DNA of 7,637 nucleotides from a virus (Duplodnaviria; Heunggongvirae; Uroviricota; Caudoviricetes): IMG/VR virus record IMGVR_UViG_2698536476_000004; one strand, 5' to 3'. Shown piece by piece: positions 1 to 6,615 of this stretch (position 1 is its first letter; each line of letters starts with the position of its first letter). The notes under the pieces were generated by a model. It saw only the letters and a program-made list of their open reading frames with translations, ran no database searches and was not told where the DNA came from. The position numbers and the translations under genes were made by a program.

Positions 1-119
1 CACGCTGAAAAATTACCTGAACCTTTCTGGTCAAGAGCGATGTTAATTTGTTCAATCATCTGGTTTGGAAATCGGATGTTGCGGGTTGTTGTTCTGCGGG
101 GCCGGTTTTTCGATGACAT
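1..119 (-). CDS. Partial CDS (first 39 codons; continues past the left edge): putative ribbon-helix-helix (Arc/MetJ/CopG-like) DNA-binding protein, possibly a repressor or antitoxin
   Basis: Manual reverse-complement translation from the ATG at complement 119..117 gives MSSKNRPRRTTTRNIRFPNQMIEQINIALDQKGSGNFSA with no stop before the window edge. A Shine-Dalgarno-like AGAGGA lies 6 nt upstream on the minus strand (complement of 124..129). The pattern of basic N-terminal arm, short beta-strand (RNIRFP) and helix (NQMIEQINIALDQKG) resembles RHH proteins. Only 39 codons are visible and this ORF is not in the supplied track, which lists none that run off the window edge. Confidence 0.35.
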   Translation of the reverse strand, partial: MSSKNRPRRTTTRNIRFPNQMIEQINIALDQKGSGNFSA

Positions 120-160
120 TTTCTTTCCTCTGGTGACAAGCTATATGGCGAGGATTTTAC

Positions 161-526
161 ATGGCTGTGCTTCGTACGTTACCGGGCAGAATCAAAACTC
201 TGAACACCCGGCGGGTGAATATTCTGAAGGGTGAACAGCGTCGTGTCAGTGGCAGTGCACGTGTTTCCCTCAAGCGTCATATCTGGCTCAGGGATGCCGG
301 GCAGTGCTGTCTCTGTGGTCGTGTGGTTGACCTCTGTGACAGTGAACTCGATCACCGAATTGCACTTCAGTTCGGTGGTGGTAATGAGGAGACGAATCTC
401 TGGACGCTCTGTACCGAATGCCATCGACAAAAGTCTGCTCGTGAAGTGGCGGGTGGTATGCCGGACCCGACGCTGCCGGAGGTGTCCGGAGGTCATGGCA
501 GGGCAGACGATATCATCGGACTGTGA
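161..526 (+). CDS. HNH endonuclease, phage packaging-associated
   Basis: 121-aa ORF with an HNH signature: CCLCG ... ELDHRIALQFGG ... NLWTLCTECHRQK (paired Cys, His-Asn-His core). GAGG lies about 7 nt upstream of the ATG. It sits immediately upstream of the terminase genes, as in HK97-like cos phages. Confidence 0.85.
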   Translation: MAVLRTLPGRIKTLNTRRVNILKGEQRRVSGSARVSLKRHIWLRDAGQCCLCGRVVDLCDSELDHRIALQFGGGNEETNLWTLCTECHRQKSAREVAGGMPDPTLPEVSGGHGRADDIIGL

Positions 527-534
527 CCCGCCCC

Positions 535-544
535 GGGGGGGGGG
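535..544. repeat. G10 homopolymer embedded in CCCCGGGGGGGGGG
   Basis: Read directly from the sequence: ten consecutive G at 535..544, preceded by CCCC. Confidence 0.9.
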
Positions 545-618
545 ATCATCCGGCGAAAAAAACGATCGCCCCGGACACCGCCCCCCCTCTCATGCAGAGA
601 AAAAATTCCCGTTTCAGG

Positions 619-638
619 CCAGTTAACATGTTAACTGG
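619..638. repeat. Perfect 20-bp palindrome CCAGTTAACATGTTAACTGG
   Basis: The sequence equals its own reverse complement and contains two overlapping GTTAAC cores. Confidence 0.9.
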
Positions 639-692
639 CTGTTCGGCCTTTTTTCTGTTTTTATCTTTATTATTCAGTTTGTTGTGCGAAAA

Positions 693-705
693 AAATGTTA
701 ACTGG
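693..705. repeat. Direct copy of the half-site AAATGTTAACTGG
   Basis: Same ATGTTAACTGG motif as the right arm of the 619..638 palindrome. Confidence 0.8.
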
Positions 706-713
706 CTTTTTCA

Positions 714-746
714 GCAAATGTTAACCAGGCAGCAGTTAACATTTGC
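714..746. repeat. Inverted repeat GCAAATGTTAAC - 9 bp - GTTAACATTTGC
   Basis: Two 12-bp arms that are exact reverse complements, separated by CAGGCAGCA. They share the ATGTTAAC core with the upstream sites. Confidence 0.9.
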
Positions 747-816
747 GGCATGAGACGCCGGGAAAAATGGGCTGAACCATACCCGGCTGAGTGCGTTCTG
801 GACCCGGGAGGAGGCT

Positions 817-1380
817 GTGCTGACAACGCAAAAACGAAAATTTGCGCTGGCGCTCATGTCCGGGAAAAACAAAACAGCGTCAGCCCTTGCCGCCGGTTAT
901 TCGGCGAAGACAGCCAGGGTTAAAGGCTCGCAGCTGGCAAAAGATCCGGAGGTGCTTGCGTTTATAGCCCGTAAACAGTGCGAGACGGTGGAGGTGGATG
1001 AGGTTCCTGTTTACCGGCAGAAAAAATCAGAGCCGGAGGATAAACCCCGTCGCCGTGAGGCGGCTGCAATACCACAGCCGGACGAAACAAATCCGGAGAT
1101 GCCACCGCCCGTGGTGATATCTCCTGGTATTGAGTATATGGAGGACGGTCTTCCCGATCCGGTGAAAGCGATGGGGCGTCTTCTGGTGGAGAACATTAAT
1201 ACCGACCCCAGGCTGGCGCTGGATGCGGCTTATAAGCTGGCGCAATTCACGCACCACAAAAAAGGGGATGCCGGTAAAAAATCGGCAAAAGGTGACGCGG
1301 CGAAAAAAGCGGCTAACCGTTTTGCGGTGCCACCACCACCCCGCCTGGTGGTGAATAATGATAATGAGGGCAACGGATGA
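817..1380 (+). CDS. Terminase small subunit (P27-like family)
   Basis: 187-aa ORF starting at GTG 817 with GGGAGGAGG just upstream. The N-terminus (KRKFALALMSGKNKTASALAAGYSAKTARVKGSQL) has the helix-turn-helix signature of P27-type small terminases. Its stop overlaps the large subunit start (ATGA at 1377..1380). Confidence 0.85.
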   Translation: MLTTQKRKFALALMSGKNKTASALAAGYSAKTARVKGSQLAKDPEVLAFIARKQCETVEVDEVPVYRQKKSEPEDKPRRREAAAIPQPDETNPEMPPPVVISPGIEYMEDGLPDPVKAMGRLLVENINTDPRLALDAAYKLAQFTHHKKGDAGKKSAKGDAAKKAANRFAVPPPPRLVVNNDNEGNG

Positions 1381-3038
1381 TACCTGTGTGGAGCACGGCC
1401 TGCCCGGACTGGGCAGAGCGCCTGAAAAAGGGGCTGTCGATTATTCCGGCTCCGATTTATCCGGAGCAGGCCGCACATGCCCTGGCGATTTTTAAACAAC
1501 TGCGGATTGTGGATGCACCGGGCAGCCCGACGTTCGGGGAGTCCTGCGCACAGTGGGTGTTTGACCTGGTGGCGGCCCTGTTTGGCTCCTACGATGCGCA
1601 GACCGGTGTACGCCATATCAAGGAAGTTTTTATCCTTATCCCCAAGAAAAACAGCAAGTCCACGCTGGCTGCCGGGATCATGATGACGGCGCTGTTACTG
1701 AACTGGCGGCAGGCGGCGGGCTACACCATTCTGGCCCCGACCGTGGAGGTGGCGGCTAACGCCTTCAACCCTGCCAGGGATATGGTACGACGGGACGATG
1801 ATCTGGATGACCTCTGTCAGGTGCAGACACATATCCGGACCATCACCCACAGGGTGACGGACACCACCCTTAAGGTGGTGGCTGCCGATCCGAATACGGT
1901 ATCCGGTATCAAGTCCGTGGGGACGCTGATTGATGAACTGTGGTTATTTGGCAAGCAGTACAAAGCGGAGGACATGTTACGTGAAGCCATAGGCGGCCTT
2001 GCCTCCCGCCCGGAAGGGTTTGTGGTGTATACGACCACCCAGTCGAATGAGCCGCCAGCCGGGGTGTTCAGACAGAAACTGCAGTACGCCCGGGATGTCC
2101 GTGACGGCAAAATTCATGATCCGCATTTTCTGCCGGTGATATTTGAACACCCTCCTGAAATGGTGGAAAGCGGGGCTCACCTGCTGATGGAAAACCTCGC
2201 CATGGTCAATCCGAATCTCGGTTATTCGGTGGATGAGGCTTTTCTGTACCGGGAGTACCGTAAAGCCCGGGAGGCTGGTGAGGAAGCATTTCGTGGCTTC
2301 ATGTCAAAACATGCCAATGTGGAAATTGGTCTTGCCCTGCGTTCTGACCGCTGGGCGGGTGCGGATTTCTGGGAGCAGCAGGGCAGGCGCGTCAGCCTGG
2401 ACGATATCCTGCAGCGCGCTGATGTGGTGACGGTGGGGATTGACGGCGGGGGCCTGGATGATCTGCTGGGAATGTACGTGATTGGCCGTGACAGGGAAAC
2501 CCGCGAATGGCTGGGCTGGGGCCATGCCTGGGCGCATGAAACCGCGGTGGTCAGACGGAAGAGTGAGGCATCCCGTTTTCAGGATTTTGTGGCCTGTGGA
2601 GACATGACGATTGTCCGTCGGGTCGGGGATGACACGGCGGAAGTGGCGGAGTATGTGCGTCGTATTCATGAGGCTGAGTTACTGGAGCATATCGGTATTG
2701 ACCCGTCAGGTGTGGGGCAGATTCTGGATTCACTGGCGGAAGCCGGGATCCCCGACGGAATTGTTGTGGGGATAAGCCAGGGCTGGAAGCTGGGCGGGGC
2801 CATAAAAACCACCGAGCGCAAACTGGCTGAGGGAGTACTGGTGCATGGTGGTCAGCCACTGATGGCCTGGTGCGTTGGCAATGCCCGGGTGGAGCCTAAA
2901 GGTAACGCTATCCTTATTACCAAACAGGCCAGCGGACGGGGGAAAATTGACCCGCTGATGGCGCTCTTCAATGCGGTATCCCTGATGTCCCTGAATCCGG
3001 AGCCGAAAAAGAAAGAATATGCGGTTTTTTTCATATAA
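1377..3038 (+). CDS. Terminase large subunit (ATPase/nuclease)
   Basis: 553-aa ORF. Walker A-like P-loop region (FILIPKKNSKSTLAAG) in the N-terminal ATPase part and acidic motifs (VTVGIDGGGLDD, IGIDPSG) in the C-terminal nuclease-like part. Translationally coupled to the small subunit. Confidence 0.9.
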   Translation: MIPVWSTACPDWAERLKKGLSIIPAPIYPEQAAHALAIFKQLRIVDAPGSPTFGESCAQWVFDLVAALFGSYDAQTGVRHIKEVFILIPKKNSKSTLAAGIMMTALLLNWRQAAGYTILAPTVEVAANAFNPARDMVRRDDDLDDLCQVQTHIRTITHRVTDTTLKVVAADPNTVSGIKSVGTLIDELWLFGKQYKAEDMLREAIGGLASRPEGFVVYTTTQSNEPPAGVFRQKLQYARDVRDGKIHDPHFLPVIFEHPPEMVESGAHLLMENLAMVNPNLGYSVDEAFLYREYRKAREAGEEAFRGFMSKHANVEIGLALRSDRWAGADFWEQQGRRVSLDDILQRADVVTVGIDGGGLDDLLGMYVIGRDRETREWLGWGHAWAHETAVVRRKSEASRFQDFVACGDMTIVRRVGDDTAEVAEYVRRIHEAELLEHIGIDPSGVGQILDSLAEAGIPDGIVVGISQGWKLGGAIKTTERKLAEGVLVHGGQPLMAWCVGNARVEPKGNAILITKQASGRGKIDPLMALFNAVSLMSLNPEPKKKEYAVFFI

Positions 3039-3063
3039 CCCTGTTCACACTGTAACCATCACG

Positions 3064-3089
3064 AACCGCTCCGGCGGTTTTTTTATTTT
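3064..3089 (+). terminator. Rho-independent terminator-like hairpin followed by a T-run
   Basis: AACCGC-TCCG-GCGGTT stem-loop (4 GC pairs plus 2 AT pairs) followed by TTTTTTTATTTT, 26 bp after the large-terminase stop. The stem is short, so this is probably a partial terminator or attenuator. Confidence 0.4.
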
Positions 3090-3101
3090 CAGGAGGCTGA
3101 T

Positions 3102-5039
3102 GTGACTCTTAAACGGGCCTGCTCCCTGCTGACGGTGAAATCCTTCAGTGAGGATGAACGGGTGATCACCGGGATTGCGTCAACGCCTTCTCCGGATCGG
3201 GATGGTGACATCCTGGAGCCGGAGGGCGCGGAGTTTGGCAGTGCGATCCCGTTTCTCTGGCAGCATGACCATTCCCGCCCGGTGGGGCAGTGTACGGTAC
3301 GCCGGGTCAGCGAAGGGCTGGAAATCACGGCAACACTGGTGAAGCCCGTACCGGATATGCCGTCGCAACTGGCTGCCCGGCTGGATGAGGTCTGGGCGGC
3401 CATTAAGACCGGGCTGGTCAGGGGGCTGTCCGTGGGCTTCCGTCCCCATGAATACACCTTTCTGGACGGAGGCGGACTGCATTTTCTGCGCTGGGAACTG
3501 ATGGAGGTGTCTGCCGTCACCGTGCCCGCGAATGCGGAATGCACCATCCGGACCATTAAATCTTACGACCGCCCGTTTTCTGCCGCGTCCGGCAACCGGA
3601 AACCGGTGGTGAAAATCGCATCTTCTGCCGGCGCTGCGGCACAGTCAACAACCGTTTTTCATAAGGAAAAGACCATAATGAATATTGGCGAACAGATTAA
3701 AAGTTTTGAAAACAAGCGTGCAGCGCTGGCAGCCTCCCTTGAGGAGGTCATGACCAAAGCCGCAGAGGAAGGGCGCACGCTGGATGTGGAGGAGGAAGAG
3801 CATTACGACAACACCGCAGCGGAAATCCGTCAGGTGGATGCGCACCTGAAGCGCCTGCGTGAACTGGAAGCCGGTAAGGCCGCCACGGCGCAGCCGGTGA
3901 AACAGGCCGGTAACGGGAATGTGGCCGCGGTGGCTTCTGCGCCGGTGATCCGTGTGGAGCAGAAACTGGATAAGGGGATTGGCTTCGCCCGCTTTGCCAA
4001 ATCGCTGGCTGCGGCTAAAGGCGTCCGATCTGAAGCCCTGGAAGTGGCCCGTCGTCAGTATCCGGATGACAGTCGTCTGCACCATGTTCTGAAATCGGCG
4101 GTGGGGGCAGGAACCACCACGGACCCGCAGTGGGCAGGCAGCCTGTCTGAATACCAGGAATATGCGCAGGACTTTATTGATTACCTGCGTCCGCAGACCA
4201 TTATCGGGCGATTTGGTCAGGGCGGGATCCCTGCACTTCGTCAGGTGCCGTTCAATATCCGCGTGCATGCCCAGGTGTCCGGTGGTGCTGCCGGCTGGGT
4301 GGGGGAGGGTAAGGCCAGACCCCTGACGAAGTTTGATTTTGAATCCATCACCTTCAGTCATGCGAAAGTGTCGGCCATTGCGGTACTGACGGAAGAATTG
4401 ATCCGTTTTTCCAGTCCGGCTGCTGATGCACTGGTCCGTAATGCGCTGGCGGAAGCGGTGGTGGCGCGTCTGGATACAGACTTTGTGGACCCGAAAAAAG
4501 CCGCAGTGGCAGATGTCTCCCCGGCGTCCATCACCCATGATGTGAAGGGCACGGCATCAACCGGTAACCCGGATGCGGATGCAGAGGCGGCGTTTGGACA
4601 GTTTGTGGCAGCAAACCTGCAGCCCACCGGTGCGGTCTGGCTGATGTCCAGCACCAATGCCCTGGCACTGTCCATGCGTAAAAATGCGCTGGGTCAGAAG
4701 GAATACCCGGACATGACCCTGCTGGGTGGCTCCTTCCAGGGGCTGCCGGTGATTGTCTCCCAGTACGTGGGTGACCAGCTGGTGCTGGTGAATGCCCCGG
4801 ATATTTATCTGGCGGATGACGGCGGCGTGGCAGTGGATATGTCCCGTGAAGCGTCACTGGAAATGCAGTCTGAGCCGGGCGGCGACAGCACCACACCGTC
4901 GCCGGTGGAGCTGGTTTCCATGTTCCAGACCGGCAGCGTGGCCATTCGTGCGGAGCGCTGGATCAACTGGCGTCGTCGCCGTACTGCGGCGGTGGCTGTG
5001 ATCACCGGTGTGAACTACGGCAGTGCGTCCGGCGGCTGA
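3102..5039 (+). CDS. Prohead protease (HK97 family) fused in-frame to major capsid protein (HK97 fold, with delta/scaffold domain)
   Basis: 645-aa ORF from GTG 3102, with AGGAGG 5 nt upstream. The N-terminal third or so (GIASTPSPDRDGDILEPEGA ... PFLWQHDHSRPVG) resembles HK97-type prohead proteases. From residue 193 (MNIGEQIKSFENKRAALAASLEEV..., coiled-coil-like delta domain) to the end it resembles HK97-family capsid proteins. No stop codon separates the two parts. Confidence 0.85.
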   Translation: MTLKRACSLLTVKSFSEDERVITGIASTPSPDRDGDILEPEGAEFGSAIPFLWQHDHSRPVGQCTVRRVSEGLEITATLVKPVPDMPSQLAARLDEVWAAIKTGLVRGLSVGFRPHEYTFLDGGGLHFLRWELMEVSAVTVPANAECTIRTIKSYDRPFSAASGNRKPVVKIASSAGAAAQSTTVFHKEKTIMNIGEQIKSFENKRAALAASLEEVMTKAAEEGRTLDVEEEEHYDNTAAEIRQVDAHLKRLRELEAGKAATAQPVKQAGNGNVAAVASAPVIRVEQKLDKGIGFARFAKSLAAAKGVRSEALEVARRQYPDDSRLHHVLKSAVGAGTTTDPQWAGSLSEYQEYAQDFIDYLRPQTIIGRFGQGGIPALRQVPFNIRVHAQVSGGAAGWVGEGKARPLTKFDFESITFSHAKVSAIAVLTEELIRFSSPAADALVRNALAEAVVARLDTDFVDPKKAAVADVSPASITHDVKGTASTGNPDADAEAAFGQFVAANLQPTGAVWLMSSTNALALSMRKNALGQKEYPDMTLLGGSFQGLPVIVSQYVGDQLVLVNAPDIYLADDGGVAVDMSREASLEMQSEPGGDSTTPSPVELVSMFQTGSVAIRAERWINWRRRRTAAVAVITGVNYGSASGG

Positions 5040-5083
5040 GTCTGATGAGGAGGGCGGGAGGCGTGCGCTTCCCGCAGTAACTG

Positions 5084-5305
5084 ATGGCAAAAATCCGATA
5101 TCTGCAGGGTACACATGATGCCCGGCCCGGGGATATCCGGGATGTCGCACAGCCGTGTGCGGAGGTGCTGGTTCGCCTGGGAAAGGCGGAGTACATCACG
5201 GTGCGACGTCCGGCAGGTCAGAAAAAGAAACGTGATGCGGAGCATGGCGAATGTGGAACCTTTTACGGCGAACCCGAAAAAACCAGAAATCAGGACGTGA
5301 CGTAA
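5084..5305 (+). CDS. Hypothetical small protein (73 aa) in the capsid-portal gap; doubtful
   Basis: ORF MAKIRYLQG... fills most of the 211-bp gap and has G/C-biased third positions like its neighbours. It has no recognisable Shine-Dalgarno and overlaps the portal start by 55 bp in another frame. No family recognised. Confidence 0.25.
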   Translation: MAKIRYLQGTHDARPGDIRDVAQPCAEVLVRLGKAEYITVRRPAGQKKKRDAEHGECGTFYGEPEKTRNQDVT

Positions 5306-6615
5306 GAGAGGCGGGCTGGACCAGCCTGTTTCAGGCGGTAGCTGAGCCCTTTGCCGGCGCCTGGCAGCAGGGTGTGAAAGCCGATCCGGAAAGTGTCCTC
5401 TCCTTTCATGCGGTGTTTTCTTGCATTTCGCTGATATCCCAGGATATCGCCAAAATGCGACTGCGCCTGATGCAGACCGATACACAGGGGATCCGCCGTG
5501 AAAAACGGCAGGGGGATATTGCCCGTCTCTGTCGTCGTCCCAATGCACAGCAGAATCGTATCCAGTTTTTTGAACTGTGGCTGAACGCCAAACTGCGTCA
5601 CGGCAATACGGTGGTGCTGAAAATCCGTAACTCCCGGGGGCAGATCAAAGAACTGCGTATTCTGGACTGGAGCCGGGTTGAACCTCTGGTGGCGGATGAC
5701 GGCGAGGTGTTCTACCGCATCACGCCGGACCGGAACTGCGGGATCACGGAGGCGGTGACGGTGCCTGCCAGGGAAGTGATCCACGACCGGTTTAACTGTT
5801 TTTTTCATCCGCTTGTGGGGCTGCCGCCGGTGTATGCTGCCGGGCTGGCGGCCACGCAGGGGCATCATATTCAGGCAAATTCAACGTCTTTTTTCAGAAA
5901 TGGCGGCAGGCCGTCCGGGGTGATTGAGATCCCCGGCAGTATAACGGAAGAAAATGCGAAAAAACTGAAGAGCAACTGGGACAGCGGGTATACCGGCGAA
6001 AATGCGGGGAAAACGGCGATCCTGAGCAACGGGGCGAAATATAACCCCACGACGTTTTCACCGGTGGATGCGCAGACGGTGGAACAACTGAAGATGACGG
6101 CTGAAATTGTCTGTTCGGTGTTCCGTGTCCCGGCCTACAAGATTGGCGTTGGCCAGCCGCCTTCCAGTGACAACGTGGAGGCGCTGGAGCAGCAGTATTA
6201 TTCCCAGTGTCTGCAGACGCTGATTGAGTCCATTGAGCTGTTACTGGATGAGGCGCTGGAAACAGGGGAAAACGAGAGCACGGAGTTTGACGTCACCACG
6301 CTGCTGAGAATGGACAGCGAACGTCGCATGAAAACGCTGGGTGAATCGGTGAAAAATACGCTTCTCACGCCCAATGAGGCCCGTAAACGTGAGAACCTGC
6401 CGCCCCTTGCCGGCGGTGATGCACTGTATCTTCAGCAGCAGAACTACAGTCTGGAGGCGCTGTCCCGTCGTGATGCCCGTGAGGATCCGTTCGCGTCTTC
6501 CGGGAAAACGTCGTCAGGCACACGCCAGGAGGGCGCGTCTGACGGTAATAAGGCCATAAGCGAAACAGAGCGTGATGCGGTGAAGGCGATGTTCAGGGGG
6601 ATACTGCGAAAATGA
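5251..6615 (+). CDS. Portal protein (HK97-like portal family)
   Basis: 454-aa ORF with GGAG 8 nt upstream of the ATG. The central region (NGGRPSGVIEIPGSITEENAKKLKSNWDSGYTGENAGKTAILSNGAKYNPTTFSPVDAQTVEQLKMTAEIVCSVFRVPAYKIG) matches the conserved core of phage portal proteins. The frame opens only at 5236, so ATG 5251 is the first possible start. Confidence 0.85.
   Translation: MWNLLRRTRKNQKSGRDVREAGWTSLFQAVAEPFAGAWQQGVKADPESVLSFHAVFSCISLISQDIAKMRLRLMQTDTQGIRREKRQGDIARLCRRPNAQQNRIQFFELWLNAKLRHGNTVVLKIRNSRGQIKELRILDWSRVEPLVADDGEVFYRITPDRNCGITEAVTVPAREVIHDRFNCFFHPLVGLPPVYAAGLAATQGHHIQANSTSFFRNGGRPSGVIEIPGSITEENAKKLKSNWDSGYTGENAGKTAILSNGAKYNPTTFSPVDAQTVEQLKMTAEIVCSVFRVPAYKIGVGQPPSSDNVEALEQQYYSQCLQTLIESIELLLDEALETGENESTEFDVTTLLRMDSERRMKTLGESVKNTLLTPNEARKRENLPPLAGGDALYLQQQNYSLEALSRRDAREDPFASSGKTSSGTRQEGASDGNKAISETERDAVKAMFRGILRK

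Larger units (their letters stand above)
527..816. promoter_or_regulatory. Non-coding region between the HNH and terminase small subunit genes; putative cos / packaging-initiation region
   Basis: No convincing ORF (the only track ORF here reads through homopolymers and palindromes). Contains a G10 run, a C7 run, five GTTAAC hexamers within about 120 bp arranged as palindromes, and an A/T-rich tract. The position between HNH and TerS matches where cos lies in HK97-like phages. Function is inferred, not shown. Confidence 0.4.

Noticed and set aside
40-234. Plus-strand ORF (64 aa; frame open from position 1) overlapping the HNH start
   Set aside because: The translation is hydrophobic and low-complexity (RVVVLRGRFFDDIFFPLV) with no start context. 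The opposite strand gives a much more protein-like RHH N-terminus with a Shine-Dalgarno.
231-626. 131-aa plus-strand ORF in an alternative frame inside the HNH gene
   Set aside because: It overlaps a well-supported HNH reading frame and runs through the G10/C7 tracts; the product is Ser/Val/Arg-rich with no motif.
523-753. 76-aa ORF spanning the region between HNH and the small terminase
   Set aside because: It reads through the homopolymers and GTTAAC palindromes, giving GGG and FFLFLSLLFSLL runs. The region looks like a cis-acting site, not a gene.
1230-1616. 128-aa minus-strand ORF across the terminase small/large junction
   Set aside because: Antisense to two strongly supported genes, with no start context or motif.
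3645-4538. 297-aa minus-strand ORF
   Set aside because: It is antisense to the capsid domain, Arg/His/Cys-rich and low-complexity, which is the typical long open antisense frame of GC-rich coding DNA.
5115-5300. 61-aa plus-strand ORF in the capsid-portal gap (third frame)
   Set aside because: Less protein-like than the 5084..5305 frame, which is itself doubtful, and it lacks an RBS.
5015-5868. Minus-strand ORFs of 177 and 192 aa over the capsid-portal gap and portal gene
   Set aside because: Antisense to the portal, with basic low-complexity composition and no recognisable family.
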